From contig JBHGNT010000004.1 in assembly GCA_043228905.1 (NCBI GenBank), forward strand, positions 18,910,001 through 18,974,000: a stretch of DNA of 64,000 bases, in the 5' to 3' direction. Both the position numbers and the translations under genes were made by a program. Source of the stretch: Azolla caroliniana (Eukaryota > Plantae > Polypodiophyta). The notes beneath the pieces were generated by a model, which saw only the letters and a program-made list of their open reading frames with translations, was not told the origin of the DNA and did no database searches. Shown piece by piece: positions 1 to 14,293 of this stretch (positions are counted from its first letter, which is position 1; every line of letters starts with the position of its first letter).

Positions 1-2983
1 TGGAAAGACAACACCGTGGAATGCTGATTTTGTATTGTAAGTGAATGCAATTTGATCTCCTTTAGCAATCATTCTCTTTTGTTATCCCTATTTGAAAATA
101 AGGCCGCTTTTCACTATCTTAAATATTGCAGTCCTGTCTTGAACCTTCGGGATAATCTTCTGGTGGAATTAGTAGATGATGCAGGAGAGATGATTTCCAA
201 AAATGGTGTGTTTTTGTATCAGATAAAATATTTGAATTAGAAGATTAAAAATGTGGCTAACTGTTTCGATTTGATATGTACAAGCAGAAATTAGTACAGC
301 TGCTATTGTGGAGGGACATGTCTTTGATGTTGATCTTGCTTTAGATAAAGGTGGTAAAATAAATCTAAAACTTAAGTTCATGCTCACAGAAGAGGAACGT
401 CAAAGGATTGATATGATGGTAAAGTTCTATTTATGCTTATGATGAAGCCCCCGCCCCCAAAAATGCTAATATCTTTCAATCTATGATAATGTGAAGTATA
501 ATGTATTAGGCATGCATTCTGTATAAATGTACACAAGCTGTATACTGCAAACTTAAGGTGATATCAGTTTATACGCTCTATAATTGGAAGTTCAAAGTAG
601 GTTCAAAATAGGTAAGACATATTTTCTGTTCTACATGCATCAGATTTTAAATCCTCGAGAAGGGTTGATGAAGCAAATTGTGAGAAATAAACATGAGTTG
701 ATTAAGATTATATACCAGCCCAATTGAAAGATGGAGGATCTACTTTAGAAGATGATTCAGAGGACTCCATGGACTATCTTCTGGAAGAATGATTAACAAA
801 CATTCTTCAATATTTGGCCAATGTGAGGGAATGCTATATCTATTGAAACACTGTGAGGAACAATTAAGGGCTTTAAGATACTGGACAATTAAGGAACAAT
901 GCAGAGGAGATTCATGCTCTCGTTAATCAATATATAAAAAGTATAACATACGCCTAGGGATCTGCATTATTTTATCATAAAGAAGCTTCTATAGAGTTTT
1001 TATTTTACAATCAAGAATTGAGAAACTGCATGATACATACCAACTAACCTATGTGAACCGTTGATCGTAAGCTCTGCCCTTTGTTCCTTTATAATATACT
1101 TCAACACACACTTAAAGAGAAACAACATAGTGCAGACAATAAAATATGGAGAATTTAGATTAGTCTCTCAATTAGAGAAATACAGCCCTGAATATAGTGT
1201 GGGAGATGTCTTGAAAATGTATTGATTTACTTTTTCCTTCCATGGAGCTTATCTTGGGGGGACTTTGTGCAGAGAGCAGCAGCTCTAAAGAGGAGAGAGG
1301 AGGCACAAAAGAAGAAGGAAGCTGCTTCGACAGAATTTTCTAACTCTAAAGCATTAATGCCCATGAATAGAGAAAAGGAGATGAATGATTCTGTAGAAGC
1401 GCATATTCAAATTGGTGACAAGAATGATCTTAGCTCTAGTGCCTTGCAAGGCCTCAATAATGCAGGCAAAAGCAAGTCTGTATTACATAAAAATAATCAT
1501 GAGCCTGTAGTTTTAAATCATGACAGGAGCGATGATACCATGGCAATGGTGAATGATGTTGTTGCTGACAGTCAGAGTGAGAATACTAATAATGGCGCTA
1601 GGAATGAAAAGAATATCCAAATGCCAATTTTTGCTGATAACACAAATGATCGTGAAACATGTCCCATGGAAGAAACAGTGTCATTTGAAGCAACCAATCT
1701 TTCTGGCTCTGTTGGATTACATACCCTGAATAGAGAAATTGCACAAGGTGAAGCGGGTAATGAATATACTATCCTAGATCTGATGATTTTTCGCCACTTG
1801 AATATACCTTTATATTAGATTTTGGTTTTGAAAATTATAAATAAGCTGTATTGTTCAGCCTTTTACATTTTGGTTGTATGTTAGAAGATGGAGGATCACA
1901 GTTGGAATTTCATAGTTCTGAAAAAGCTCTCTCCGAAGCTTTGGTTGTCATGGATGAAAGGGACTGTAAACTAGAGCAAACCTGTGCAGGTGAAGCATCA
2001 ACATAATGTTCATATACAATCTTAGTTATTGAATTAAGCATAACTGATAATCCATATGAAAGGTGTGTTGCTATTGCTTTTTTGTATAACAGAAGATAAT
2101 AGAGAGAAGAGACATTCCAAAACCTCTGAATCCCGAAAAGATGCTTCTTCTAAAAGTGTGAAGGAGAAGATAAAAGCCTTTGAGAGTTCTACACAGGTAT
2201 CAATGCCAATCTCTAAGGAAAGACAAAAAAAAACTTTTGAAAATTGCACGTATGTATTGCTGGTAATCTTGTAAAGTGGCAGGGTGCCGTTCATCTAAAC
2301 AAAATGCTGCTTCAATCGAGCAGTCAATACCATAGGACAGATGATGGAAACCTTAAACATAACAACTCATCTGGCAAGAAAACAGAACAAAGAGAGGAAG
2401 AGGAACCTTTGGAGGGAAAAATGTCACTTATATATCTCAAGTCAGGTGATGGAGAGCAACTAAACGGCACGATTTTAGATGGAGAAACTTCATCTGTGGA
2501 GAATGAAGATCATTGTTTTGTTAGAAAAGCTATGGAGGATGAGGTGCTGGTGCTTGAAGAAACAGAAAGTGGTTGCAAGATGGAGGTCATCAAGAAAACG
2601 AAAGAAGAAAGGTGTGAGAATGTGAAGATCAAGGAGACCAAGAACTCCCCCTTGTTGGGTACACTGACACAGGTCCTTATGCATACAGTTAGCTAACTAA
2701 GCTAACTAGTTATTTTGCCCTATTTCTGGCAATTGCTTAAAGAGTTTATGAGAAAAACGAAACCAGTCATTGCTTACAGATTATTGCTGGAGTTTCTCTC
2801 ATAGTTGCCGGAGCACTTCTATGGTCTTCAACAACAAATAAAAGGTTTGAGTTTTACCTCTTTCTCTTTTCCTCTCATTGTCTTTGATACGATGTAGATC
2901 TGCTAAACAAGAAAACTGACATTGTGTCCTTTTCTGCATCATATTCATAATCTAGGACACATCAAAAGAGACCACAGGTATTA

Positions 2984-3024
<41 letters not shown>

Positions 3025-3774
3025 CATATATACACATATACGTATATACATATATACATACAAACATATATATACATATATACATTTATACATATATACA
3101 CACACACACGCAGTCTTAAGGGGTTTTGATATCTTCATCTTCAGCAAAAATTCTTCATTCTTTGGAAATTTCTCAGCATCACTATTAAATCATTTATAGA
3201 TAAATTATGTGCATATATGTATGATTATTAATTATTTACTTCCAAATATTGATAATGCTGATGTCTTGAGGATACCACTACTGATATGTGGAGACATTGA
3301 TCACAATTATTTGTTTTCTAACACCTGATGTTTCACATTGCTTGACATATTTTTCCAGTCCTCACTGATTGGTATTTATAGTAGATGATAATGGGTTTTT
3401 ATTGGTTGGTGGTGAGAACACCATTAGAATAAATATAACCCCAATTTTCCTGAAAAACACCTGACTTATTCTTTATTTCCCCGAACGTGCCTGAGTTTTT
3501 ATTTTTCCTCCAAATGGCCTCAGTCAACAGTCTTAAAAAGCACAATAACTGTTTTTCCTCCAAATGGCAATTGTGCTTTTTAAACAGTTATTTCTGAATT
3601 TCCACGATCCTTGGGTTCCATGCCTAGAATTTCTTTTGAACCATAATGCTTGCTAGTATTTTGAAGCATTGTGAAACATGTGTCTTTTTCAGACTAGAAC
3701 TATGGAACACAGTTGAAAAGCTAATTGGCCTTATTAACAAGATTGGAGGTTTGATATTGTATGAACTTGTTTGA
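1..3774 (+). CDS. Partial multi-exon gene: N-terminal C2-like domain, long low-complexity middle, C-terminal transmembrane anchor (uncharacterised plant protein)
   Basis: GT-AG exons in a consistent frame: <1-36, 132-205, 288-418, 1273-1756, 1885-1989, 2093-2196, 2283-2672, 2780-~2844, and a tentative last exon 3693-3774 (TGA). Peptides PVLNLRDNLLVELVDDAGEMISK, GGKINLKLKFMLTEEERQRIDMM-RAAALKR and SVKEKIKAFE resemble a plant C2-like family (recalled, not searched). IIAGVSLIVAGALLW is a TM segment. The 5' end lies outside the window. Confidence 0.62.
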
Positions 3775-5683
3775 CATCAGAAATGTCTTCCTTTTTTTAA
3801 CAATCATGCTAATGGAGTGTGTGTGTTAGTGAGTGAGATAGAGAGAGAAATGTGTGAGCTTAAAATCAATACATAAAATGTGTGCAGAGGAAGCTGTAAC
3901 GAGGAAGCAAAGATTATAATGCATTCGTGAAGACAACAAAGTTTACTTGTTGCATGTAAAACATTTAATTCTTCGTATGGTCTTTTCAACCATTTTGATT
4001 CATTCACAGTTGCACATGTATTTTCCCCATTAGGTGTAGCAGAATGTCTAAAGCCCCTTTTATATAATATTTTAAATGATTGTGATTAGAATTGTATAAT
4101 GTAATGTACAGAAGAACAAAATGACTTCAGAGAACAATGTTCCATTTGTTCTAGATACAACTATTTAATAATGAAATTGAGAGACAATTGTCTAGTACGA
4201 AGTTGAGAGATAAACTTGTCCAATAGTACATGCATGTGGTCAAATGTTAACATGCATTAAAATTTAAATAATCGTGAAAAGATCCACATTGAGAATACTA
4301 CTCGCATAATCCTCATGTGGGCATTACCTATCGAATGCTAGCATGCCTTAAATGATTTGGAAACTGTCCCAATGATTTAATCTTGAAAAAGACCATAATC
4401 CTAATGGGAAGGAAATCTGCCTTACGTACTGCTCATGGTGTATTAAGTAATTGTAAAACAATTGTTAACTGTTAGATAACTAACCATAACCTTCTCATGC
4501 AAGTAGACAATCATTGTTGTAATCTTGAAGAACATGATCCTAATGGAAAGGAGTGTTGCTTTCGTGATCTGGTGCTCATGTTGTATTAGGTAATTGTGAA
4601 GTAATTGTTAACTGACGGTAACCCTATAACCGTAACTGTAGGTACGGCCATTTTTTAAACCAGATGATTGTATTGCCAAATGTTCTTGACTTCACACCTT
4701 GATTGGCTGAATGCTCACCAGTTATATTTCTGTGTAACTATTCATTATATAACTAAATAAATCATATTGTGAGATGTTTCTATCTTCTCGTATAAGCTAT
4801 GCAACTCATGAGGTACTTCAATAAATTAAATAAATTTTGCTTTTGAATATACATATGGAATTTAGTCATATCGGTATGGAATGTTGACAGATTTCATTTG
4901 CATAAAAAAGGAGAGATATTGCGCCATCAAAATGTTGCATGGATTATACAGAATTTATGTTATTGCTAAATGAGATTGTCAAGTCTCGCACCATCAAAAT
5001 GTTCGCATGGGTCGTACAGAATTTATGTTGTTGTTGGTGACAATTAATATACGATTATTGCAAAATGAAATTGGCAAGTCTATCAAAGGCACTTACCAAA
5101 TTACTAGATCACATTTTTTTATTGATCTAACTATTCACTCTCAATCATCAAGACTTCCTAATCCTCAAATTAAACCTATCAAACCTAGAATGACCTAAGA
5201 TTCTATGATAGAAAACAATACATTGCAAAAATAAAATCCCATGAATTATGACAGTCAACCCCAAACGTTGCCTCTTGCTCACTCAACTTTGCAATCACAT
5301 CCAACCAATGGAAAACAATATATTCAGAGCTTTATAAGATAACATCATAAGAGTAGATGCATGAATAATTAGGTTTTTGTAGATCATATAAAAAGTCTAT
5401 TATGAGGTACTGAACATGCGCTTTCAATATAATGATGAGAGAAGAAAGGTTACTTCATCCAACATCCCATGCTTTATAACATGACTTTCATGACATGAGG
5501 AAACATCTGAGCTTCAAAGGAAGATTACGGAGGGTGCTTTGCTAGGGCCCATCATGTCCAAGAGGAACAATGTCTTTAGGTTTCCTACAAGACTTCAACC
5601 TAATTCATTTTCCTTTATTTTTGTATCGATCTAGGATATGATGAGCGATGTATATAATAAGATTGTTGTGATGTATATAGATC

Positions 5684-8374
5684 CTATCGGATGATGGCAA
5701 AGCTAACTTCGTCATTGGGCGCATTTTTCATTGGCGATTCAAGTGTGGTGTTGGTGGTGGTGGTCGGAGGTGTTGTGCCCGATGCAGTTGTCCTAGTAGT
5801 CACCACGGGTGGTAATACCAACGTGGGGGGCACCGATACATGTTCCGACGCTTCGGTTTGTTGTTCATTAGGAATCAAGGGTCGCCTAAGATCTCCTCGC
5901 ATTCCTTCTAGTTCCTCATTGGCACCACCCCTAAGCCCATCCAATCCTCTATAGGAACTCGACAATGGCGATCTCGGAGTCTCGACCAACCTCTTCAAAT
6001 AAATCACCCTATTGATGTTTGCTAAGGCTCCAATCACCAATAGAACTGATCCAAATATCGCCAAAACTATCGCCGTATACTAAAAAATAAACACACATAA
6101 AAAAACAAAACATTCCACTTTGTATATAACACCACCACCCTCCTTTGGATCACCAAAAAATGTGAGATGGAAGAGGAAAAAAGGGTCTTTAATATACAAC
6201 TTTAATAATAATTTTTTACTTCCTTGCCTGTGTTGTTCCTGTGAGTACAAATTGTGGCCAGCTCATCATCCACATTATGCTACTGACTACATAAATGGTA
6301 GATGCCATCAAAAGAGGAATGTAGACAGCTTTTTGATAGATTTGGACTGCCAAGTTCGATCTCTCATACACTTGAAATGCATCGAATATGGAACCCGACA
6401 ACCAGAGTACCGAACCCGATACAAGTAGTCGAACCCCACTCTCGTACCTTCCTCCTAGTGCATAGTCTGTGCTCTGTCACAAATAAATAGCAGTTTTTAC
6501 ATGGATTCCATCATTGGAGATGTTATAACTGAATTATGAAAGACCATACATTAGTGTGTACATGGCTCCCATCATTGTAGATCTTATAAGTTTATTATAA
6601 AAGGATCCATACATTAGTGTATATGGTCATTGCAAATTGTTATTCCTTAGGTGCAACATAGGTCTTGATCAAGGTGAATTTTACGCGTTTTTATCTATGA
6701 AGTTCTTCCAAAGACAAGGTGTTGGTTCAAGAACCAATCACATATACCTTGGAACTACATTCAATCGTCATGATATTAAACCGACTATAAGTATGAAGAT
6801 GAGTACTTCAATGATGAAGTCAAGGCAAATAGAATAGGCATGATTCCCTAAAACTCATAGCCGAATGAACTAGGAATAACCTAAACCATGAAAGCGGGTT
6901 GCTAGATTTTGGGAAGAAAGGCTTGGCGAGTAGGCTTTTCTTTTTGGGGGATAGGATGCAAATGATTTGGTAATTTGTAGGAGAAGGACAGGTTTATTGG
7001 GTTGGATGTTTGAGAAGGTCCCTACTCCCGAGCTGAGCCAAAAAAACCTTAAACCCTATAGATTTTACATCAATAGTAAGGTAAAGGAAGGCATTATTCA
7101 AGGAACAATTTGGAAATGGTAAAAGTTTCACAGGTCATCTCTTACCTCAAGTTTATATAGTACTCAATATCAATAGTAAGGTAAAGATGTTACTCACCTA
7201 ACAATTTACAAATGGTAAAAGACAAGCCCTGTCATTTGGTCAAGCAAATTTGGAAATATAGTTGAGACAACAGAATCCAATGAATAGACGTATTCTCCAT
7301 AGAAGTAAAACACGCTATACATTGCAACTTGCTATATGTACACTATTAACATATTTATTTATGTTGTTTACGCTTCATTGTGTACATAGTCAACGTACAA
7401 ATATAACTTACATGTAAAAATAAGTCCAAGTATATACCTTACATGTAAAAATACGTCCAAGTATATACCTTAAATGTAAAAATAAGTCCCAAGTATATAC
7501 CTTAAGTATAGAATCCAACATACACACGATGTGCCCATGTATAAGTATATACACATACATACAATGTGCTAGCGGATATGTTTACACATTCACTACAAGT
7601 AGTAAAAAAGCATATAGGATTCCAACATACACCCAATGTGCCCATGTATAAGCATATACACTTACATACAATGTGTACATGGACATGTATACATTTAGAT
7701 ACGCAAATGCAAGTAAATGGAAACTTGATAATTGACGATATTTGCAAGTCAATAGAAACTTGACGATTGACGATTGTTTGAATGCTCTTAGCCAAGAGCC
7801 TATACTTGAGACAAGTAGCTAAGTTTTGACTTTGTCTCTGCAGGTCTTATTGGTTTTTCTTTTATCAAGGGTATATTTCTTTTTGTTAAATCGGTTTACT
7901 AGAGGTAGACTCAAAGTAAAATACATATGTTATATACAAGAAATAAATATTATAATAGACTTCATAGGAGAATCTTATAATTTGACTTTAGTAAAGAGAC
8001 CCAACCTTTAAGAGAGTGATGGTTGCAATGAGAAGGAGCACACCGCCAATGATGTGGAAAATGGGGGCGCCAAACTCGACAAACGCCAATTGTGGGTCGT
8101 ACGTTAGGAACCGAAGGTGGAAATTGATCCCAACTGCTTGAGCAAAGAGATCATGTACGTTGACCAAGATGACAAGACAAAGTCCGATCGAGAGGATGAT
8201 AAGGGGCGCATAAGGATGGTTTTGGAGGCGAAACCCAGGTAGCAGTAAAATCAAGCCCCCTAACAACATGAGGGTGGCTATTAAGTAAACCACCCCATTC
8301 AAGAATTCAAATAACCCTTCTCTTCCCCTTGGGCCATATGTTCTATTTGATCTAACTGCAACAAGTTTCACCAT
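5684..8374 (-). CDS. Conserved plant multi-pass membrane protein of unknown function, 3 exons, ~336 aa
   Basis: Exons 8374-8006, 6473-6228 and 6079-5684 join in phase 0. MVKL...RTYGPR, NVHDLFAQ..GI, QLAFVEF, QVYERSN and LRGGA motifs match a recalled land-plant membrane family, with several hydrophobic helices. Intron 2 needs a GC donor. Confidence 0.85.
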
Positions 8375-10850
8375 ATCTAGTATAAATTGTTCCCCTCCCC
8401 TACTCTTTTGTTTTCTTCTTCCTCTTCCTCTTCAAATCAAAGGAGATGTTATAGCAACATCTCCCTTCTCAATACTCAAGAAAACAGAAACTAAACTACT
8501 CATTAATTATATACATACAAACATATATAAGTCATCAACCTATTGACACAACCTTTTGATATGGTAAAGAAAAAACTCCCATGTAACAACAATATCTTCT
8601 ATATTTCTTCGGTGTTTAATGTTTTTTAGTCTTCTCTGTATTCGATCATCGTTTGAGATATTTTTGTAATGCATAGAAATATCCATAGCCTAGTAAAAAT
8701 TAGATTTTGTTAGTTTGTTTTAGGAATGGCTCTTTGTGTCACGTGGATTCATGCACGTGTCACAACTTTCTACTTTTGTCCAATACGTTTGCATTTGTTT
8801 TCCAACATATATATCCCCCTCCCCAACACACAAACACCTTTGTTATTGTACAATTCCAAAGAGGGGAAAAAAGAGAGCCCACAAGGCATGTTGCTCACTT
8901 AGTAAGGTTGTCGTCGGGAGGAGACGAGAAAATTAATGCATCCCACTCTAAAACATCCTCAACACAAAGAGAGAATACCTACATTTTGCAGTGGCATCTA
9001 ATAAAGTATTAGTGAGATTTTGGAAGTATGAGAGAGAGAGAGTGTGTGTGTGTGCATGTGACCTCGCTTTTTACCAATGCCAATGGATTTTGAACCCCTT
9101 GCCATCTCTTTTGCGGTTGTGAGGTCAATGGGGACTAATTTAAATTATTTGGGAATAACCTTCTAGTCTAGTCGCCTTTTTTGGTTTTCCCTTCAACCCT
9201 AGTTATGTTGTGACGAGTGCTTTTATGAATTATGATTGTTATTTTGGATGTTTCAAATCTAACATGGCATAGGCTTTGTTTCTTGGTTTTCATATTAATT
9301 TGATGTTTCTTAACAATAACCTTGTATGATGTTAAGAATATGCATGTGCATGTGACATTGCTTATATACTTTACCTAGTTCAGTTGTTATTCCAAGACAT
9401 TAGCTTATCGTCATGCATGACATTGAACAACTTTATGCACACCTTGTTTGGCAATTTACATGCTTCTATAATTCATGTGCATACTACCTACTTAATGTAG
9501 AAGATTGAGCTAGAAGTAATGATAGATACACAATCTACATGAAAAACTACAGAGAAAAAGTGGTTTTTTAACTTTTGTAGATGGCTAAACAACAATCAAC
9601 ATCTCTAGCGAACAACAATCAAAGGGTACATGGCATAAAGTATACAAAGATTAGCAAGAAACCATAATTCTTAAGCACTTATGTATATTCCTTTCAATAT
9701 TCAACAGGCCCAAAAGAGCAACCACATCTATGTCCCAAATGTAGCTATCTCATTATCAGTTCCATACAAACATGTGCTATGAAATATTTCATTGCTTCAA
9801 TGTCATTAGCACTCAAAATAGGATAAAAGTGATCAACTACTAAACAAAAATGAGCGTATTAAGGCTTGGTAGACTGAACATGACACCGTTATGACACCAT
9901 AGCATGGCATTCATATAACATATCATATAGGAAAAGTTTTCCACTGTCAAGATTTTTCAAAAACATGGAATTATGCCGCCCCCAAATTTCTTTTCCATTT
10001 TAACTAGTGGGTTCTCAAGATAACATACCATTAGGTGGTGACACAACTGCCAAAATGATTGGTCTATCAATTACCACACTAAACTACTCGTTTTGAGGAG
10101 TGATGATTTTATTCATTGTTCAAGTATATAGATTCCCATCCTTGTAACTCTTATATGGGTTCGCATAGCTTATTGACATAATAAAATATCACTTAAAGAG
10201 CAGCAGCAATATTTTGGTCTTGCTACCATATCTCAATTAGGATCATCAATCCCATCTGTCATTACCCTTGATTTCATTGTTTCACAGCTATGGCATCAAA
10301 TCCCTGGGAAAAGATATAGCATTCACCCTTTCATTCACTAATACATGCTTAAGTAGCAAACCTACATGCATTCTTAGGTTTTACTCCATGAGCAAATACT
10401 CCATTATAAAAACATCTGGCTAACTTAAAGAACAAGAAACTATTCCATTGATGTCCAAAACATCATTTACACCATGAGTTTTACTAAGGAAAAAAAATAA
10501 GGAAAATGTGACTAATTACAGCACGTATTCAAGAACGATAATTCATTCCATTGATGTTGAAAACAACTTTATGCACAAGGAATGTATACAAGCTTTTAAA
10601 CAACTATAAGGTATCCCTGGGGATGTCACAAATTTCACTTAAATATTTCTTAACAATCAAAATAATGAATTTATTAAATTTTAGATATAACAGAATCACA
10701 TAGAAACCGAACTAGAATAAGACCGGTCCCAACTCATAAAGGTTCATATGATTCATTCATTTGTATTCCACATCTTAGTTGTAAAATTAGGTAGGACTTC
10801 AAACTGAAGAACGTAATATACATGTGTGGCATGGAAGAATTACTGATGCT

Positions 10851-13800
10851 TCATGCTGACTGCACCCATGCAAATTCTTCAACATATGCCTGTGATGACT
10901 TACATGAAGACTCACATGAGTAAACAGCAATGGTGCCCCAATCCAGAGCATCAGCATCATTTGATATTCGAAAGAAGTACAATAATTGGGGCAATATCTG
11001 GATTTGACAGAAACAAAAATTGTTTAGGTGAGATGAAACACATGGACCACCCAAATCTATTGAGGCATACTTTTGACATAGAACCTCACCTGAAACTCAA
11101 AAATTCGACGTCCATTACAAATAGAACAAGGCGGTATGCTTCCATTTATAGGTCTCTCATCTAATCTGGGCCACAGAGGTTTCGCATCATATGACCTACA
11201 GTACCTGATTGGGAATAGTATAAATCACACAGTCAAGCTTTATATAGCTTCAAATCTTGATTTCACACTCTCCCCGAAATATATATATATATATACACCT
11301 TAGAATCTGGTCAGGGGCACGAGACAATCGTGCCTGAAAATCTGCCCAATGTTTCTTCTCTACTGATGGCTACAAAAAAAGGTCTTCCAATCAAATGATG
11401 ACAATGTTTACAGTTACAAGCTTCAATATTCTCTAATGAAAAACCAGATTCATTGAGAGAGAAAAAACAACATTCTATTAATAATTCTTACTTCCTGAAA
11501 CTGCATGGAAATTTCATCTTCCTTCCCGCTGCTGATAATAGCCATATCTCCCACCGTTGTTAAATCCTCATCACAGTCTTCCTCTTCATCAATAATCTCA
11601 AACTCTGGCCATAATTTAAGTGCCACACGACTATTTGGATCATTATGTATGCCAGATTTCTGTCCTATGTTCAGATTTTTTGTTGATTTGTGAGCATTAA
11701 CTAGATTCTTGCAGTCAGAAGCATGACCTGATTTCCAATGCTTCAACTGCAAAGAAGGAATGAATCAGTTATATGCAAAAACTTGACTACACAAATGATG
11801 TTCACTGGAAAAACAAAATTAGGAGAGTGATTAGTCAATACAAAATTGATGTATTTTCCCCTACCTGGTGCTGTCGTGAACAATACCGAACTTGCTTACA
11901 ATCACTGCAAAGTTTTTGACCTTTCCATGTCCCACACCAACTACAAAGAGATGCTTCAAAATATAGAAGGTGTTGTCACTAGTTGAACCTAAATAATGCA
12001 ATTTATATCACATGTCAAAATACCCACCTCCAGATGTGACTGGTGTCGTTTGGTCTTTTCTAGGAGGTTCTTTTGAGTAATAGTCATTTACTTGAGGGAG
12101 TTGACACCGGAAAACCTTCACACTATAGAGCTTATCATTCAGTGCATATTTAAGTTGCTATCAGTACATAATACATATTCGTTAAACAACCACCTGCGGA
12201 TTACGTTCTCTCCTAAAGGTTTAGATTGGTGATTTCTCTTGTCTTCTTGAAGACAAGCCATTTCAGGACACATGAAGACAAACAACGTCCTGTGAAATGT
12301 AGCTTGGTCTCCTTCTAGTGGTGCATATACCTGAGAGCTTGATTGAAAAATGATCAAATATATTAGAAGATGTATGGTAAACCTTAGTGAATAAGAATAG
12401 ATAACTAGGAAAAACTCAGAACTCTAGACAGGAGAGGGATGCATCCATTTGCACAGAGCACTCCAATATTCCGAACGCAAGGTGAGATGATCCTATTATT
12501 TTAACCTCAATGAATCAGATACAAAGTGACTTCCCAAACCAAAGAGATTGCTATCAGTGGAATATACAACATTTAATGCAAGCTGTTAATCTGTTACCAA
12601 CTAAGATGATTGAGGATTTTCAGACACTAGAATCTTGTGTCCTTCATTTTTTGCCCTCGTACTAGTAGCAATAATCTTGCAATGGAATTCAGGGTTGAAA
12701 TTGCAATATAAGAATACTTGTAATAACAGGAGCAACTATTACGAGGGCATCAACCTAGGGAGCCTTATTGGAAATTCTGGATACACAAGGTGAACAGTGT
12801 CAAGAGAGATCCATTAAAAGATGACATGGTTTAGGGTTTCGGGTCTATTGGTATCTACATGAAAGACTACCTTTAAAAAATGTATAGATGGAGAGCCTTA
12901 GTAGATTAACAAACGCCAATCTAGGGATAAAACTTCAATGCTAAGAGTTAATGGCTTCTCTAGGTAATGTTTATAATGCAGATGACCATATCTAGCCTGT
13001 CACAATGAAGACGTAATCTCATGAGAGAGGAGCATCTTAGCTTGAAGAGGGACTAAAAAAGTGTTCCCTTTTCTATCCTTAGACAGCAATGCTTTGACAA
13101 AATTAGACTTGTAGTAGGACAAGACGTTGAATTCTACATCAAACATTCTGAACCACAACAGTGATTACCAAGACCTTTTCCCAATCAGGAATTACCCACG
13201 TTGATATCGTGATCCTCAAAGGTATAAATAATGTGAAATGCATGGATGTCGAATAGATGATTTTATGTTGACTGATCCAAACTCTAGATTGTGATGTGTA
13301 TGTGCAAGGTGATAATAAGGGATTACTCTTAACAACAAGATTCATCTCAACGTTTTGCCTCCACCTCAGTCTTCTGTTCAACCCCTTCAATGGTATAGAA
13401 ACAGCACGAATTGCACACACGATTTCTCAAATATATGCACTTAAGAAACATGAGATGAACTGATCATATATTTTCTTTTTCAGGAGTTAAAAGGTGGAGA
13501 TTTGGGAAAACCCGGGTGCATTTAGGGATATGAAGAGAACTCCAGGGCATTCCAGGGTTTTTACTCCCAAAAGAAAACTAAATTTCCCAACTTACCTGCA
13601 ACAAGAAGTGCAGTGGATTACGGCATATCCCACACATTATGTCTTCTCCCTGTGGTAAGTGGACAGGGTCAAGCCAAGCCTACAGAGAAAGAAGAATAGG
13701 AACATTAGGAAAAAGAATGAGATATCAAACAGAGGCAGCAGCATTACGAACATCAGAAGAAAGGATGGAAAAAGAAAACACTAATATGAACATGAGAAAC

Positions 13801-14181
13801 TACAGTCATGCAAGAACAACAACCATACCAATATACATATAAGAAAAAAGATGAGAAAAATAAGAAATAAGGCGAAGAACATGGAAGCGTACATACCGGA
13901 GGTCCACCGGCTTTGCTTGGAAAGTATTGTCTGTGGAGAGAGGAAGGTCGATCTGGCTTCTGCAAGAAGCCAACTAAGACGGTTTGATCGTCTTCTCCTT
14001 CTTCCGCTTCTTCGGCATCAAGATGATCGTTGTTTTCTTCATGTTCTTCTTCTTCTTCTTCGTCTTCGACGAGGTTGAGATGAGAGACTCGGTCTGATAT
14101 GGTCGCCTCCGGTACCTCCTCCTCCAAGGCCATAGCCATAGCCATAGCCATAGCCATAGCCATGGGCTCTTCTTGTCCCAT
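10851..14181 (-). CDS. PDCD2: Programmed cell death protein 2 (zf-MYND + PDCD2_C; uS5 chaperone family), 9 exons
   Basis: Exons 14181-13897, 13679-13596, 12330-12194, 12122-12028, 11953-11865, 11746-11492, 11369-11299, 11204-11090, 10997-10851, all GT-AG with consistent phase. Motifs: FPSKAGGPPAWL, LLQVYAP, FHRTLFVFMC, VKVFRCQLP, MYND finger CSWC...CSDC...YCSRQHQ..HW..GH..DC, PDQILRY, FEFQILPQLL, LDWGTIAVYSC..SC, YVEEF. Confidence 0.93.
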
Positions 14182-14293
14182 ATCAGTCAGTGGTGGACAC
14201 ACTCTCCTCTCAGTTTTCTTTTTCTTTCTGTGTTTTGTTCTTAAACCTTGTGGTGCTTGCTAGGGTTCAAACATCAAAACATTGCTCACAAGG

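Noticed and set aside
7390-7510. 30-bp tandem repeat in an intron, plus small local duplications near 3505/3553, 4395/4535, 4919/4986 and 7070/7170
   Set aside because: Ordinary slippage-type duplications with no sign of function.
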